From contig JAPLDX010000065.1 in the NCBI GenBank assembly GCA_026391215.1, forward strand, positions 330-64,329: 64,000 bases of DNA. Direction: 5' to 3'. The stretch comes from Bacteroidia bacterium (GTDB lineage Bacteria > Bacteroidota > Bacteroidia > Bacteroidales > VadinHA17). Under the pieces are notes generated by a model that was not told the DNA's origin, did not search any database, and saw only the letters and a program-made list of their open reading frames with translations. This document shows, piece by piece, positions 26,019 to 35,655 of this stretch. Made by a program: the position numbers and the translations under genes. How positions within the stretch are numbered: the first letter of the stretch is position 1; every line of letters begins with the position of its first letter.

Positions 26019-28490
26019 CTATAACTTTTTAAATGTATATCCTTTTGAAGAAAAATACCTGATCACTTCCTCCAGCTTATAATAAAATTTATCGGTCCGG
26101 TCAGGATGTGTTCCGAGGTGGATGAGAATAAACGCTCCGTTCAGTCCGTTCTGCACTGAGGCTTCAAAATCCTTGAGCTTTCCGAGCAGTTCATCTGATG
26201 ACCTGTAATTCTGCAGATCAGGAGTAGTGTAGTCTGCATTGGTCCCTGTGCCGGGAGTGAAATTTATCAGTTTTGCACCCAGGTCCCCTGTCCATGAAGC
26301 AATTGCGGAATTATACCATTCGTACGGTGCAAGAAAGTATTTTGCGCCTTCTGTTTTTCCTTTAAACCTCTGAAGCTCTTTGTAATTTGCCTTAAGGTCG
26401 GAAATGAAATCATTTTTTGTTACCAGCAATGAATCTCTTTTCTCCCAGGATGCATACAGGAGATGTCTGTCGGAATGAGGAGCAAGGAAATGGCCTTCAG
26501 AGATAATACGTTTTACGACTGCAGAATATTTGGGATTTCTGAAAAAATTGCCCGTCAGGAAAAATGATCCCCCTGCATTGTTTGCTTTCAGAGTATTAAG
26601 TATATGATCTGCCCCTTCTCCGTATTCATCTGCAGAAAAAATGAGATAGATCACTTTTTCATTTATGTTATTTCTGATAAGCGCCCCGTTCTGGTCAGTG
26701 ATGGTCCCCTTAACAATGTTTCCCTGCTTTAAGCCCTCGCTTTCAAGTGATGAAAGGCAGAAGCTCAGGCTTGCTGTCCCGTCCATGGTAGGCTCATTGG
26801 TGCTGTAATCGCCTATGTCATCGTGGTAAACCACTTTTCCGTTCTGAAAGGGTTTGTAATCATCTGGTCGTAAAAGTTCGACACCCAACAGGTTGTTGTA
26901 AATTCGTGAATATACCGGGCCGTCTATCAATCCTCCCTCAGGGATCTTTTTTAGTATGGAGGTGAGCGCAGCATGGGGATACAATGGATAATCTCCTCCG
27001 GCAGGCAAGCCGCTGATCATTGATGTTCCCCACGGATTACATCCGAACAGCCAGTCCCTCAAGGCTGCTTCTGTTTCTCTGAAGCTCATGTCACCGGTCG
27101 CTTCTGAGTACAGCATATGCTGTGTAAGAGCTGCGGCAACATAATTATTTGAACACCAGATAAATGGCACCTTAACCCTGAACGGATCGCTCTTTCTCCT
27201 TTCCTCCATCAGGGCTAGTCCCTTCTTCATGAAAGCCAGATATTTATCTGAGAATTTTGTATTTGATTGTCCTATGTATGCATGGCCAAGGTTGACGAAG
27301 GGATAGTACTGGTAGTGCCGGGCTGTATCTTTTTCTATCCATGGCGTAACCGGTTCGAGAGTGCCCCAGTAGTCAGCCTGGACAAGCCAGGCAGAATCCC
27401 CGGTAAGGCTGAACAGCGACCATGCACCGAGCTCCAGGTCATCAACCCAGTTATCCTCCTCATAGAAATATGGTGATACTGTGCAGGCAGTTTGTGTGTT
27501 GCCAAGGTCCGTAAGCGCGAACTCCCATGCATCTTCTGCTTTTGAGGCAAGCTTTACTGCGAAGGACGGATCGAACTTGCTGAATATCTCAGAACCCAGG
27601 GCAAAAGAAGATGCATACTTGCCTGCAACAGATGAAACACCCGTAGTTCTGTTTTTATATTTTGATAAACCCTGTGATTTGCCGGTAACATAATATACCG
27701 GCCGGTAAAGTCCTTTCCCATAGGATACCTTATCAGTAGTCGGTATCCTGAATCCCCTGTGATCGCGGTCATCAGCCAGCTGGTTGAACATCACACCGCT
27801 GTCGGGATTCATTTTGACCAGCCAGTCAATACCCCACCTTGCCTCATCAAGAATATCAGGGATCCCATTACTTCCCGGATCACCAGATGCTTTAAAGTTG
27901 TCTTTGTAGATCCCCGGATTTTTTGACCAGGCAAACAGCATCTGGTATACTGCATTTGCTGAAGTGGTTACATATTGGAGGTAATCGCTGGCATCATGCC
28001 ACCCGCCGACAGCGTCAATTATCTCGCCGGTCCGTGTGGGATGATCCACGATAAAGCCATCATGAGTATGGCATGAATCAGCATAATAGGGATTATAACC
28101 GCAACGCTGCTGGCGCATATAGCGAAGGATAAAATCTGACGTTCCCTCATAGACATCAGGAGCTATCCTGAATGGTTCGGATTTGATCCCGCTCACGAGA
28201 ATGTAATAACCTCCCGGCGATTCAATACCTGAGAAATCGAGGCGCGCGGCTGACTTCATTCCCCATTCTGATCCGCTGTAAGTAACGGCCTGACCTTTAA
28301 ATATGATCTTATCTGTTATTGCATCACAGACGCTGAAGCTTTTCACATATACAGGTTCGTTCGATATAAAAACCGCAACCTTGACAGAAATAGGGAGATA
28401 CCCAAGTTGATTGATTCTGATCCATCCCTGTCCTGAGACGGAAGAGAGGGACAGTATCATTGAAATTAGTATTGCTGGTATTTTCCGCAT
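26019..28490 (-). CDS. Secreted GH9-family glycoside hydrolase fused to a CE4-like polysaccharide deacetylase domain
   Basis: Signal peptide. GGWHDASDYLQY (GH9 DAxD catalytic block) and YSTNEPTMDG (GH9 NEx acid block). C-terminal ~220 aa with FSADEYG and APHSDRH (CE4 HSxxH metal motif). Confidence 0.65.
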   Translation of the reverse strand: MRKIPAILISMILSLSSVSGQGWIRINQLGYLPISVKVAVFISNEPVYVKSFSVCDAITDKIIFKGQAVTYSGSEWGMKSAARLDFSGIESPGGYYILVSGIKSEPFRIAPDVYEGTSDFILRYMRQQRCGYNPYYADSCHTHDGFIVDHPTRTGEIIDAVGGWHDASDYLQYVTTSANAVYQMLFAWSKNPGIYKDNFKASGDPGSNGIPDILDEARWGIDWLVKMNPDSGVMFNQLADDRDHRGFRIPTTDKVSYGKGLYRPVYYVTGKSQGLSKYKNRTTGVSSVAGKYASSFALGSEIFSKFDPSFAVKLASKAEDAWEFALTDLGNTQTACTVSPYFYEEDNWVDDLELGAWSLFSLTGDSAWLVQADYWGTLEPVTPWIEKDTARHYQYYPFVNLGHAYIGQSNTKFSDKYLAFMKKGLALMEERRKSDPFRVKVPFIWCSNNYVAAALTQHMLYSEATGDMSFRETEAALRDWLFGCNPWGTSMISGLPAGGDYPLYPHAALTSILKKIPEGGLIDGPVYSRIYNNLLGVELLRPDDYKPFQNGKVVYHDDIGDYSTNEPTMDGTASLSFCLSSLESEGLKQGNIVKGTITDQNGALIRNNINEKVIYLIFSADEYGEGADHILNTLKANNAGGSFFLTGNFFRNPKYSAVVKRIISEGHFLAPHSDRHLLYASWEKRDSLLVTKNDFISDLKANYKELQRFKGKTEGAKYFLAPYEWYNSAIASWTGDLGAKLINFTPGTGTNADYTTPDLQNYRSSDELLGKLKDFEASVQNGLNGAFILIHLGTHPDRTDKFYYKLEEVIRYFSSKGYTFKKL

Positions 28491-28499
28491 TTTTTCAGT

Positions 28500-29846
28500 T
28501 TAATATATTTTATTAAGAAGAGCACCCGGGAAGTAATGCCCCAGAATTTCCCTGTATGAATATCCTTTAGCACCCATAACTGCAGCACCGATCTGGCATA
28601 GCCCCACTCCATGTCCCCAGCCTGCTCCGTGAAGAATAAAACCTTTTTCTCCGTCGCTGCCGGTTTTTTCAACAATAAAGCAGGAGCTGTAAAGATGCGA
28701 TTTTGAGAGTGATTTCCTAATCTCCAGCTCCTTGCCTATTATCATAGTTTTCAGAGTCCCCTCAATTCTTAACCTCTTTATTCTGCCTGAGACACCCCTT
28801 TCAAGCGGAATAAGGTCGGTGATGGTTCCGAAGTCAATCCCGGTTCGTGTCTTTACAAGTTCATTGAGTTCTTTCTGAGTATATGTAACCTTCCACCTGA
28901 AGAAATCATTCGTCTCCTGGTCGTAGTCATTCAGTACCTGCGACAGTATTTTTTTTTCTGCCGTATTACAGAAAGCATCAGGATTTCCGATGATCCATTT
29001 CTCTGAAGTCTCCTCTTTGTTCATTTCAAGATTGAAACCTTCAGGAGGAGATGGATTATCAATAACTCTCTGAAGATAAGGATGATTCACAGGCTCCCAT
29101 ACATTTTCAAACAGTTCTGTCATTCCTCCGCAGCATTTGTAATAACGGGTATCGCAGATTGAACCGTCATAAGTCAGTACTTCTCCGAATGTTTTGTCAA
29201 TCACCTTTACTACTGCAGGAGTGGAAGCACGTGTTATTCCCTGATATCTCTGGCAGTGATCATCAGCACATACATCATAATTCCTGTGATCCTCCCTGTC
29301 GTACCAGCGTACAACTTCGGTCCCAGTCCGGGTATGTGCATTGTATTTTTTCCTTGTCTTACTTATTGCCCTGCTTTTTTCGATCTGTGCCAGCAGCCAG
29401 CTTCGTGATATTACTGCATGGGCTTTAAGAAATTCCTCAGAAGAAGTGGCACGCATTTCCGATGAAATAACACTTGTAAGGTAATCCTCTATGGATAGGA
29501 CATTCACTGCTGTGATCTTATCATCCCCGGTAATGAATTTCAGGCTTCCTCTGAAAACCTGGTCCTCCCTGCGCTGCCAGTGAAAATCAACTCCTATTGT
29601 TACAGCATGAAGGGTGAAAGAAGAATCGTTAATATCTTCAGGAGTAAGTAAAAGAGGGCGTCCTGATTCTATTTCATTAGCACCATTCATCAAAAGAATT
29701 TTTCCTCCAGAGTACCTGGCAATACATCCCCCTTTTAATGAACCAGACTTCTTTCCTTCCCTGAATATGGAATTCAGAGTGAAAGATATCTGTTCGCCTG
29801 AACAGATGCCAACCTGTAATTCCGGCGCCTTTCCTTTTTCTTTCAT
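28500..29846 (-). CDS. SpoIID/LytB-domain protein
   Basis: EEFLKAHAVISRSWLLAQ, DVCADDHCQRYQG and HGVGLCQIGA blocks typical of SpoIID/LytB lytic enzymes or amidase enhancers. I see no obvious signal peptide. Confidence 0.75.
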   Translation of the reverse strand: MKEKGKAPELQVGICSGEQISFTLNSIFREGKKSGSLKGGCIARYSGGKILLMNGANEIESGRPLLLTPEDINDSSFTLHAVTIGVDFHWQRREDQVFRGSLKFITGDDKITAVNVLSIEDYLTSVISSEMRATSSEEFLKAHAVISRSWLLAQIEKSRAISKTRKKYNAHTRTGTEVVRWYDREDHRNYDVCADDHCQRYQGITRASTPAVVKVIDKTFGEVLTYDGSICDTRYYKCCGGMTELFENVWEPVNHPYLQRVIDNPSPPEGFNLEMNKEETSEKWIIGNPDAFCNTAEKKILSQVLNDYDQETNDFFRWKVTYTQKELNELVKTRTGIDFGTITDLIPLERGVSGRIKRLRIEGTLKTMIIGKELEIRKSLSKSHLYSSCFIVEKTGSDGEKGFILHGAGWGHGVGLCQIGAAVMGAKGYSYREILGHYFPGALLNKIY

Positions 29847-30754
29847 AACAATTCATTTTCCTTAAAACAAACCTGTCCGAAGATATCCTCAACATCTTCT
29901 TTGGTGATCTTTGTAAAATCCTCCTCCCTGGGAGTTATGATGACACCTCCCAGGTCCACGGCTGCCGGACTTAGCAGAATCTGATCATTTCCTCCATCGA
30001 AAAACTGAGTTGGCCTGTGCTGTTTCCGGGGGATGATATGAATGATCCAGCCTGAGGAAGAATGTCCGGCCAGTATATTGAGCATCGGTTCAGGTCTGTC
30101 TGACTGTACCTCTGCGAACCTGTCATAAATACTGTCAAAAGCCTTAGCCAGCTTTTCCATGTTATAGCCTTTAAGCGTAATTATACCACGCAGATATCGA
30201 GTCCATTTCCAGATTTCAATACCGCGATTTTCTGATAATTGCTGTGCAAGCCTACCATTCCGGAAATCTTTTTCGATCGGCATGAATCCGCTGTTGCCTG
30301 CCTGGAAATGAAAATGATCGGGAGCGGAAGCTCCGCATTGAGGGCCGTTATAGAATATCGTAAATTGAGGCAGCGCTTTTGCAAGAGAAAGCATTGTATT
30401 AAAGTTATTCCTTATCCGCTGATCTGTATGAAGTTCTGAAGGAATGGTAATATGCCTTGTGAAGATCGGGAAGGGATTAACCAGTACCGTAAGATTGTTG
30501 CCGAAAAGGACTCCCCTTTGTTCCGGCGGCCTGTTCTTTTCGCAAAGGAAACATGGTCTTGCTTCTATTGATTTTGTGTCAACATTTGCAGCCGAGGATC
30601 TTATCCTTTCCGGATTGAACTGAACAAAAACCTCAAAATTTCCGAAATCAAGCTTTTTGGTCTTAACCTTTTCAAGCTGACCGTAATTGACTTTCGCCAG
30701 CTCCCATTCACGGAGCTGAGTGGTGAAGAGTCTATTTATTTTGTTTGAAAACAC
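29843..30754 (-). CDS. DUF4922-like HIT/GalT-type nucleotidyl(phospho)transferase-like protein
   Basis: CFLC.. and GASAPDHFHFQAG (HxHxQ histidine-triad-like motif); 4-nt overlap with the SpoIID gene. Confidence 0.5.
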   Translation of the reverse strand: MFSNKINRLFTTQLREWELAKVNYGQLEKVKTKKLDFGNFEVFVQFNPERIRSSAANVDTKSIEARPCFLCEKNRPPEQRGVLFGNNLTVLVNPFPIFTRHITIPSELHTDQRIRNNFNTMLSLAKALPQFTIFYNGPQCGASAPDHFHFQAGNSGFMPIEKDFRNGRLAQQLSENRGIEIWKWTRYLRGIITLKGYNMEKLAKAFDSIYDRFAEVQSDRPEPMLNILAGHSSSGWIIHIIPRKQHRPTQFFDGGNDQILLSPAAVDLGGVIITPREEDFTKITKEDVEDIFGQVCFKENELL

Positions 30755-30791
30755 TCTTAATTAAAATTAGTGATAGGGATTGTTAAGAATC

Positions 30792-30930
30792 ATACCACCT
30801 CCCTCCCGACAAGTCGGGAGTACTCCTCCTCTCAAGAGGAGGAGAAAGTTAAATAAATTTATATTCAAAACTTTCCCCTCCTTTGAAAAGGAGGGGTGTC
30901 ATGCCCGAAGGGCCATGACGGGGTGGTTAT
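30792..30930. repeat. Nested-palindrome element, copy E (five hairpins)
   Basis: CTCCCGAC-AA-GTCGGGAG; CTCCTCCTCT-CAAG-AGAGGAGGAG; GAAAGTT..AACTTTC; CCCCTCCTT-TGAA-AAGGAGGGG; GTCATGCCC-GAA-GGGCCATGAC. Outer ACCACC/GGTGGT. Confidence 0.85.
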
Positions 30931-30956
30931 TACTATTTTTAATAAGTCTATTCATA

Positions 30957-32444
30957 TTATTTATTTTCTGATTCAATATTCAGCCTTTTCCTTGCCAGCA
31001 ACTCGATCGTTCTCAACCTGTCCTTGTACAGGTTATGGGTATTCATTCTGTTTACATCGAGGGCCGCATCAGTGTTTCCCTCCCACCTGCGGCAAAGGTA
31101 CAGAGGTTCATAGATCCGTCCGATCTGGTAGTTACGGCAGATTGCAAGTCCCACAGCATAATCTTCGCCATAGCTGACATTAGGCACCCTGATATCTCTC
31201 AGGACAAGAGTATAGAATGCCCTTGGAGCGCCTAAACCGTTAATCCTCAATGCATTATTTCTTCCATTTTCAGGGGTCCATTCTTTATGATCGATAAGTC
31301 CGGGAGGCAGATCATCAAGATTGAAATTGACCATTTTATATGATCCTACGACCATGGCACATTTCTGGTTATAAAATGCATCTACCACCCTGCTTATTAC
31401 AGTATTGTCAATATAGAGGTCGTCGCTGTCAAGCTGGATTGCGAATTTTCCGCACTTCTGATGAAATACTCCCTCATTCCAGCATCCCCCGATACCCAGG
31501 TCTTTCCGTTCGGGAATGATGTGAACTACCCTGTCATCCACTTTAGTAAAGGCCTTGATCAGATCAGTTGTACCGTCACTTGAATAATTATCGATCACTA
31601 TCAGATTAAACTTGAATTTTGCCTCCTGGCTCAGAACTGACTTTATAGCATCGCGTATTGTCTTTACCCTGTTCTTTACAGGTATGATCACTGAAGCTTC
31701 ATATTCAAATCCTTCAGCATTGAAGCTTATCGATTTAAATTCCGGTTTCAGCCAGCCTTTCATCTTTTTGAGGTGATCAGTGCAGGCTGCTTCCATTTCT
31801 ATCTGAACCGCCCTGTTCCGTGGATCAACATAATCGAATTGCTTTTCGCCTGATTTACGTGTATCACGTTCAATATCGGTGTAAAGCATCTCCGGAATAT
31901 GAACAAGGGAATGCTTCTGTGAAACTTTAAGTCTGAGGTCGTATAATCCCGCAAAAACATACTCCTGGTTCATACTTTTACAAGCTTCTTTAAATGCTGA
32001 TGACCTGTAAAGCATGAGTGATCCGAAATTGAAGTCATCCCGCAGGCTTCCTTCCTGGTAATCGATTACAGGATAGGGTGAAAGCTGGTTGTTCCTGTTC
32101 TCGAAATAATCGGAATATACCATTCCTGCACTTGTGTTTTCACAAACCTGTACCATTCTCTTAAGGGCAAATTTGCCAAGGTCGAGAGAAAATGATTTGG
32201 TATAGATCAGGACAAATTCAGTCTGGACCAGATCAGCTATCTTCTTCAGGGATGCAGTGGTAGTAAATCCATCCGATTCAAGGACTGAAACACCTGTATC
32301 TGAAAAGTCCGTACCGGAACCTTTCCGTGAAACAACAACAATTTTTGCAACCTCCCCCGAGTCTTTTAATGATCGCACTGTAAATTGTGCAGCTTCATTA
32401 TCGGATAATGGCAATAAGCAAGTGATTTTCTTTTCCATGGTCAT
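30957..32444 (-). CDS. Glycosyltransferase family 2 protein with extra N-terminal GT-A-like half
   Basis: C-terminal half [42 protein letters not shown] (GT2 DxD). The N-terminal ~240 aa look like a degenerate second GT-A domain (..[23 protein letters not shown]). Confidence 0.7.
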   Translation of the reverse strand: MTMEKKITCLLPLSDNEAAQFTVRSLKDSGEVAKIVVVSRKGSGTDFSDTGVSVLESDGFTTTASLKKIADLVQTEFVLIYTKSFSLDLGKFALKRMVQVCENTSAGMVYSDYFENRNNQLSPYPVIDYQEGSLRDDFNFGSLMLYRSSAFKEACKSMNQEYVFAGLYDLRLKVSQKHSLVHIPEMLYTDIERDTRKSGEKQFDYVDPRNRAVQIEMEAACTDHLKKMKGWLKPEFKSISFNAEGFEYEASVIIPVKNRVKTIRDAIKSVLSQEAKFKFNLIVIDNYSSDGTTDLIKAFTKVDDRVVHIIPERKDLGIGGCWNEGVFHQKCGKFAIQLDSDDLYIDNTVISRVVDAFYNQKCAMVVGSYKMVNFNLDDLPPGLIDHKEWTPENGRNNALRINGLGAPRAFYTLVLRDIRVPNVSYGEDYAVGLAICRNYQIGRIYEPLYLCRRWEGNTDAALDVNRMNTHNLYKDRLRTIELLARKRLNIESENK

Positions 32445-32447
32445 GGT

Positions 32448-35400
32448 CTATTTTTCAAAATAGTTCAATATCTGCTTCATCAGCTGCTCCCGCTGCTTTT
32501 CATACAGGATAGTTTCAAACGGGAATCCCAATATTATTGTCTTATAGCTTCCCTTATACGCCACGCCTGCAGAGGCATTATTTTCAGAATAACGGAAAGA
32601 GCACACGGCTCCCTTTCCTGCAGGCTCAATTGCATCAGGTGCTTCAGCAGTATAAAGCGATGAAGAATAACCTGTATTAATTGTGATTTTCCCTGAAAAA
32701 TTACTCTTTGCATAATCGGTAGGATACACATCCCCCTCTTTGACCGAGTGGCCTGTCCGGTGCTGAAAATGAAGAGTATTTCCTGCAAATTTTATAGCAG
32801 TTGAGTCATTGGGTATGAACAGGTCGGATCCAATATAAGATCCTGACATAAAGATATTTGTACCGGAATTAGTCAATTCAACAATCTTTTGAATGAATTC
32901 TGGTGTATATATCCTGAAATCGTAACGGGAGGTGTCGTTGAAAAAAGGTGTGGTCCTTTCCTCGCCAAAGATCAGGTCGACCATATTGAAAGATGAGGCT
33001 GTTGAACCTGGTGATGTGAAATATTCATCTGAAACAGAATAAAATGAGTATCCTGCCGCCATGATGGCTTTACCATGAATATATGGAAAATCGAAACTGT
33101 TTCCCGGGATCACCTTTCCAGCCATGTCAGCATAGGACGCTCCCCAGCCCGGTGAGTCATCGTCAATCCATGGATTTTGCCTGTCAAAATCATACTGGTC
33201 TCCAAGGGTGATCATATCAAAATGATCTGCAACACCGAGATCATCCCACCAGGCAATGCCTGCCATTTTTCCCTCATCAAACCAGGCCGGTCCTGAGATA
33301 CGGTCAAATCCGTTCACAATGAGAACATTGCCCGACCCCCCTGAGCTGATGCCTGTAGAGAGTATCTCTGAATCAAAGCTTTCACCACCTTCATTGATTG
33401 CAGTTACTTTAAAACTGTAGATTGAATCATAAGAAACAAGCTCTATTTCTGCTGATGTGCCTTCCACTAAAAGTCCATTATCGAAGCCATTATCACCGAG
33501 CCTCGTATATATTTTATATCTGTCGGGGACTGAGGTGGTTTCACTCCCTTCAATAACTGGTTCCCATGAGAGCCTGACTGATTTTCCCTGCAGCGGATTA
33601 ATTGCCATGTGAGTGACAGGCAGAGGCTGAACCTTATAATCTCTCTTTTCGACATATGAGAGATATTTAAGGATGCCTTTATAAACGGAACGGCTGACTT
33701 CAAATCTGAATCTGGGATCGATCCAGAATCGCATATCTGCCAGGTTTTGGTGCGAAAGAAGCTCAAGAAGCATGGCAGGTACATTTGGTCTTCTTGCTTC
33801 TGAATAAGGTCTGTCCCATATTCCTCTTCCTGTCCAGTCCGGATTATATACTCTCCTGATATCATCAATGATCTGTGTCTGGACAATATCTGACAGATCC
33901 CTGCTTGCCATTCTGGAGGTACTATCAGGGAATTTACCATCATCGGCAGAGGTATAGCAAATTGCGAGCGTTCCGATTATTGAATCACCTGGTGTGATAC
34001 CAGCATCAGTATGGAAAGCAAGCGACAGATCGACCGGCAATCCAAGTCCCCGTGGCTGCTGTTCATTTCCGGGCTTATAGGGATCCCCCATCAGGTAATT
34101 CACCCAGAAACCCCTTGACTGGTAATCATCGTTATAATCATTTTTATAGGTATTCGGGCTGTAAACAAGTGTATCGGGCATGCCTGCATACTGAAGCCAG
34201 TATCTTGCCGCTTCAAGGAATCTTGGTTTCCCGCTTAGCTTCCAGCTGAAATCATCACTTTTCAGGAATTCCTGCTTTACAGTATCTGCGCTGTTTTCCT
34301 TAACAGACTGCTGGTTTTTCAATAGCTCCTGTGAGGGCCGTCGGGCTACATTGCCCATTCCTCCTCCGAATCTTACTGCATCCAGCGCAATAAGACCATT
34401 ACCCGTTTCAGATCCTTTCACAGTAACTGATCCGGTGCCCGCATTCTTACCTTTATTAAATCTGAAAGTCCCCAGATAGATCCATGTTTCACCACCTATT
34501 GCCTGATTTACAATATATTCTGTTTTTCCTCCTGTATGATTGACAATATATCTCACTGATTTATTATTATCCCGGAGCAATGGATATGATATACAGACAG
34601 CATAATCACCCTTTTCGGGAATTTCAGGGATGAAGACAGCAGAATCACAGGAAATACGGAGGGAAGTACCATGCTTAAACGGATTGAAACCAGGGAACAG
34701 GGTATCTGTAAGCAGAAATCCCTTAAATACTTCCTTCGCACTATCATTAAGATGTATTACAACTTCAGAATTACCAGTTGACCTGTCATTGTCTACAATA
34801 ACCTCATTTAACTGTGTGTCACGTTCCCGCGGCAGGTAAACAGCAGCGCCTGAATTCTCGAGCATCCTTGTCAGGTAAGGGACAACAAATCCTGTATTAG
34901 AAATGTCCTCGACAGTACCGAACAGTTTTGCACGCTGGTACTCCCACCGGTCAAGGCTCATTTCAAAATAATAGCCATGGCTGTTCCACAAAGCTATTGA
35001 ATTGCCTGTCAATCCTTTCTGAAATTCTTCTCCCTCTTTTTTTCTGACGAGAACAGGTTTTTCTTCCCTGGTGACAGGGAAGCGTGATGAATCAGTCAGT
35101 ATCTCTCTGCGATAGTAATTCGGGATAAGCTGGTCGAGGGAATAATTATTTGTAATGACTTCAATACTGTATTCCCGGAATTTTTTCCCTAGAGGTTTTC
35201 TGAAGGATTGCAAAAAAAGGTTATAGCTATCTTCCCTGAAAGGGTAATAAGATAATCCCGGTTTAAAGAAGAGTGTAATTTTTTCCGGATCCCTTGTGAC
35301 TAAAATTGAATCAATCTCAGGTTTGGCGATGTGCTGCCACTGTGTCAGGGGATTCTTCCAGCTTCTGAGTTTGTCCGTAACTGTCTGATTGAGCTTATCA

Positions 35401-35483
35401 CCAGACTGTGAATAAACGGTATTAAAACTTATCAGCAACAAAAAGAAAATGACTGAGAGGCAGCTTTTAAAGGTATTGCTCAT
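32448..35483 (-). CDS. Large secreted Amidase_3-like (MurNAc-L-Ala amidase family) protein with FN3 domain
   Basis: Signal peptide. The blocks ALWNSHGYY, VEDISNTGFVVPYLTRMLENSGAAVYLPRERD, LSLAFHTDAG and MLLELLSHQN parallel the HGG / E..N / SIHANA / VELGFxSN blocks of Amidase_3. FN3-like segment VRLSWEP..YKIYTR..FKVTAINEGGES. Confidence 0.5.
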   Translation of the reverse strand: MSNTFKSCLSVIFFLLLISFNTVYSQSGDKLNQTVTDKLRSWKNPLTQWQHIAKPEIDSILVTRDPEKITLFFKPGLSYYPFREDSYNLFLQSFRKPLGKKFREYSIEVITNNYSLDQLIPNYYRREILTDSSRFPVTREEKPVLVRKKEGEEFQKGLTGNSIALWNSHGYYFEMSLDRWEYQRAKLFGTVEDISNTGFVVPYLTRMLENSGAAVYLPRERDTQLNEVIVDNDRSTGNSEVVIHLNDSAKEVFKGFLLTDTLFPGFNPFKHGTSLRISCDSAVFIPEIPEKGDYAVCISYPLLRDNNKSVRYIVNHTGGKTEYIVNQAIGGETWIYLGTFRFNKGKNAGTGSVTVKGSETGNGLIALDAVRFGGGMGNVARRPSQELLKNQQSVKENSADTVKQEFLKSDDFSWKLSGKPRFLEAARYWLQYAGMPDTLVYSPNTYKNDYNDDYQSRGFWVNYLMGDPYKPGNEQQPRGLGLPVDLSLAFHTDAGITPGDSIIGTLAICYTSADDGKFPDSTSRMASRDLSDIVQTQIIDDIRRVYNPDWTGRGIWDRPYSEARRPNVPAMLLELLSHQNLADMRFWIDPRFRFEVSRSVYKGILKYLSYVEKRDYKVQPLPVTHMAINPLQGKSVRLSWEPVIEGSETTSVPDRYKIYTRLGDNGFDNGLLVEGTSAEIELVSYDSIYSFKVTAINEGGESFDSEILSTGISSGGSGNVLIVNGFDRISGPAWFDEGKMAGIAWWDDLGVADHFDMITLGDQYDFDRQNPWIDDDSPGWGASYADMAGKVIPGNSFDFPYIHGKAIMAAGYSFYSVSDEYFTSPGSTASSFNMVDLIFGEERTTPFFNDTSRYDFRIYTPEFIQKIVELTNSGTNIFMSGSYIGSDLFIPNDSTAIKFAGNTLHFQHRTGHSVKEGDVYPTDYAKSNFSGKITINTGYSSSLYTAEAPDAIEPAGKGAVCSFRYSENNASAGVAYKGSYKTIILGFPFETILYEKQREQLMKQILNYFEK

Positions 35484-35569
35484 CGGAGGTATATAAGGGT
35501 TGAAATTTAACTAATATTTATCAAATTTCTCAAGTTTATAAATTTGCATACGTCTTACGAATTTTCACC

Positions 35570-35577
35570 TATTTTTG
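35570..35577 (+). promoter_or_regulatory. Candidate -7 box (TATTTTTG) for murK-murQ-GH3 fusion; second match TAAATTTG at 35539-35546
   Basis: TAnnTTTG matches in the divergent 172-nt intergenic region. Confidence 0.4.
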
Positions 35578-35655
35578 TACTGAAAGATCCGGTTAAAAAA
35601 AATTGTGCGATATTAACGCACCTAAGTACAACAAAATAGTTAAGCATAATAATAT

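Noticed and set aside
30780-31177. ORFs 30780..30971 (+) and 30896..31177 (+) in the GT2/DUF4922 gap
   Set aside because: They are read through the palindrome element (PPSRQVGSTPPLKRRR.. comes from hairpin arms) and run antisense into the GT2 gene. No family resemblance.
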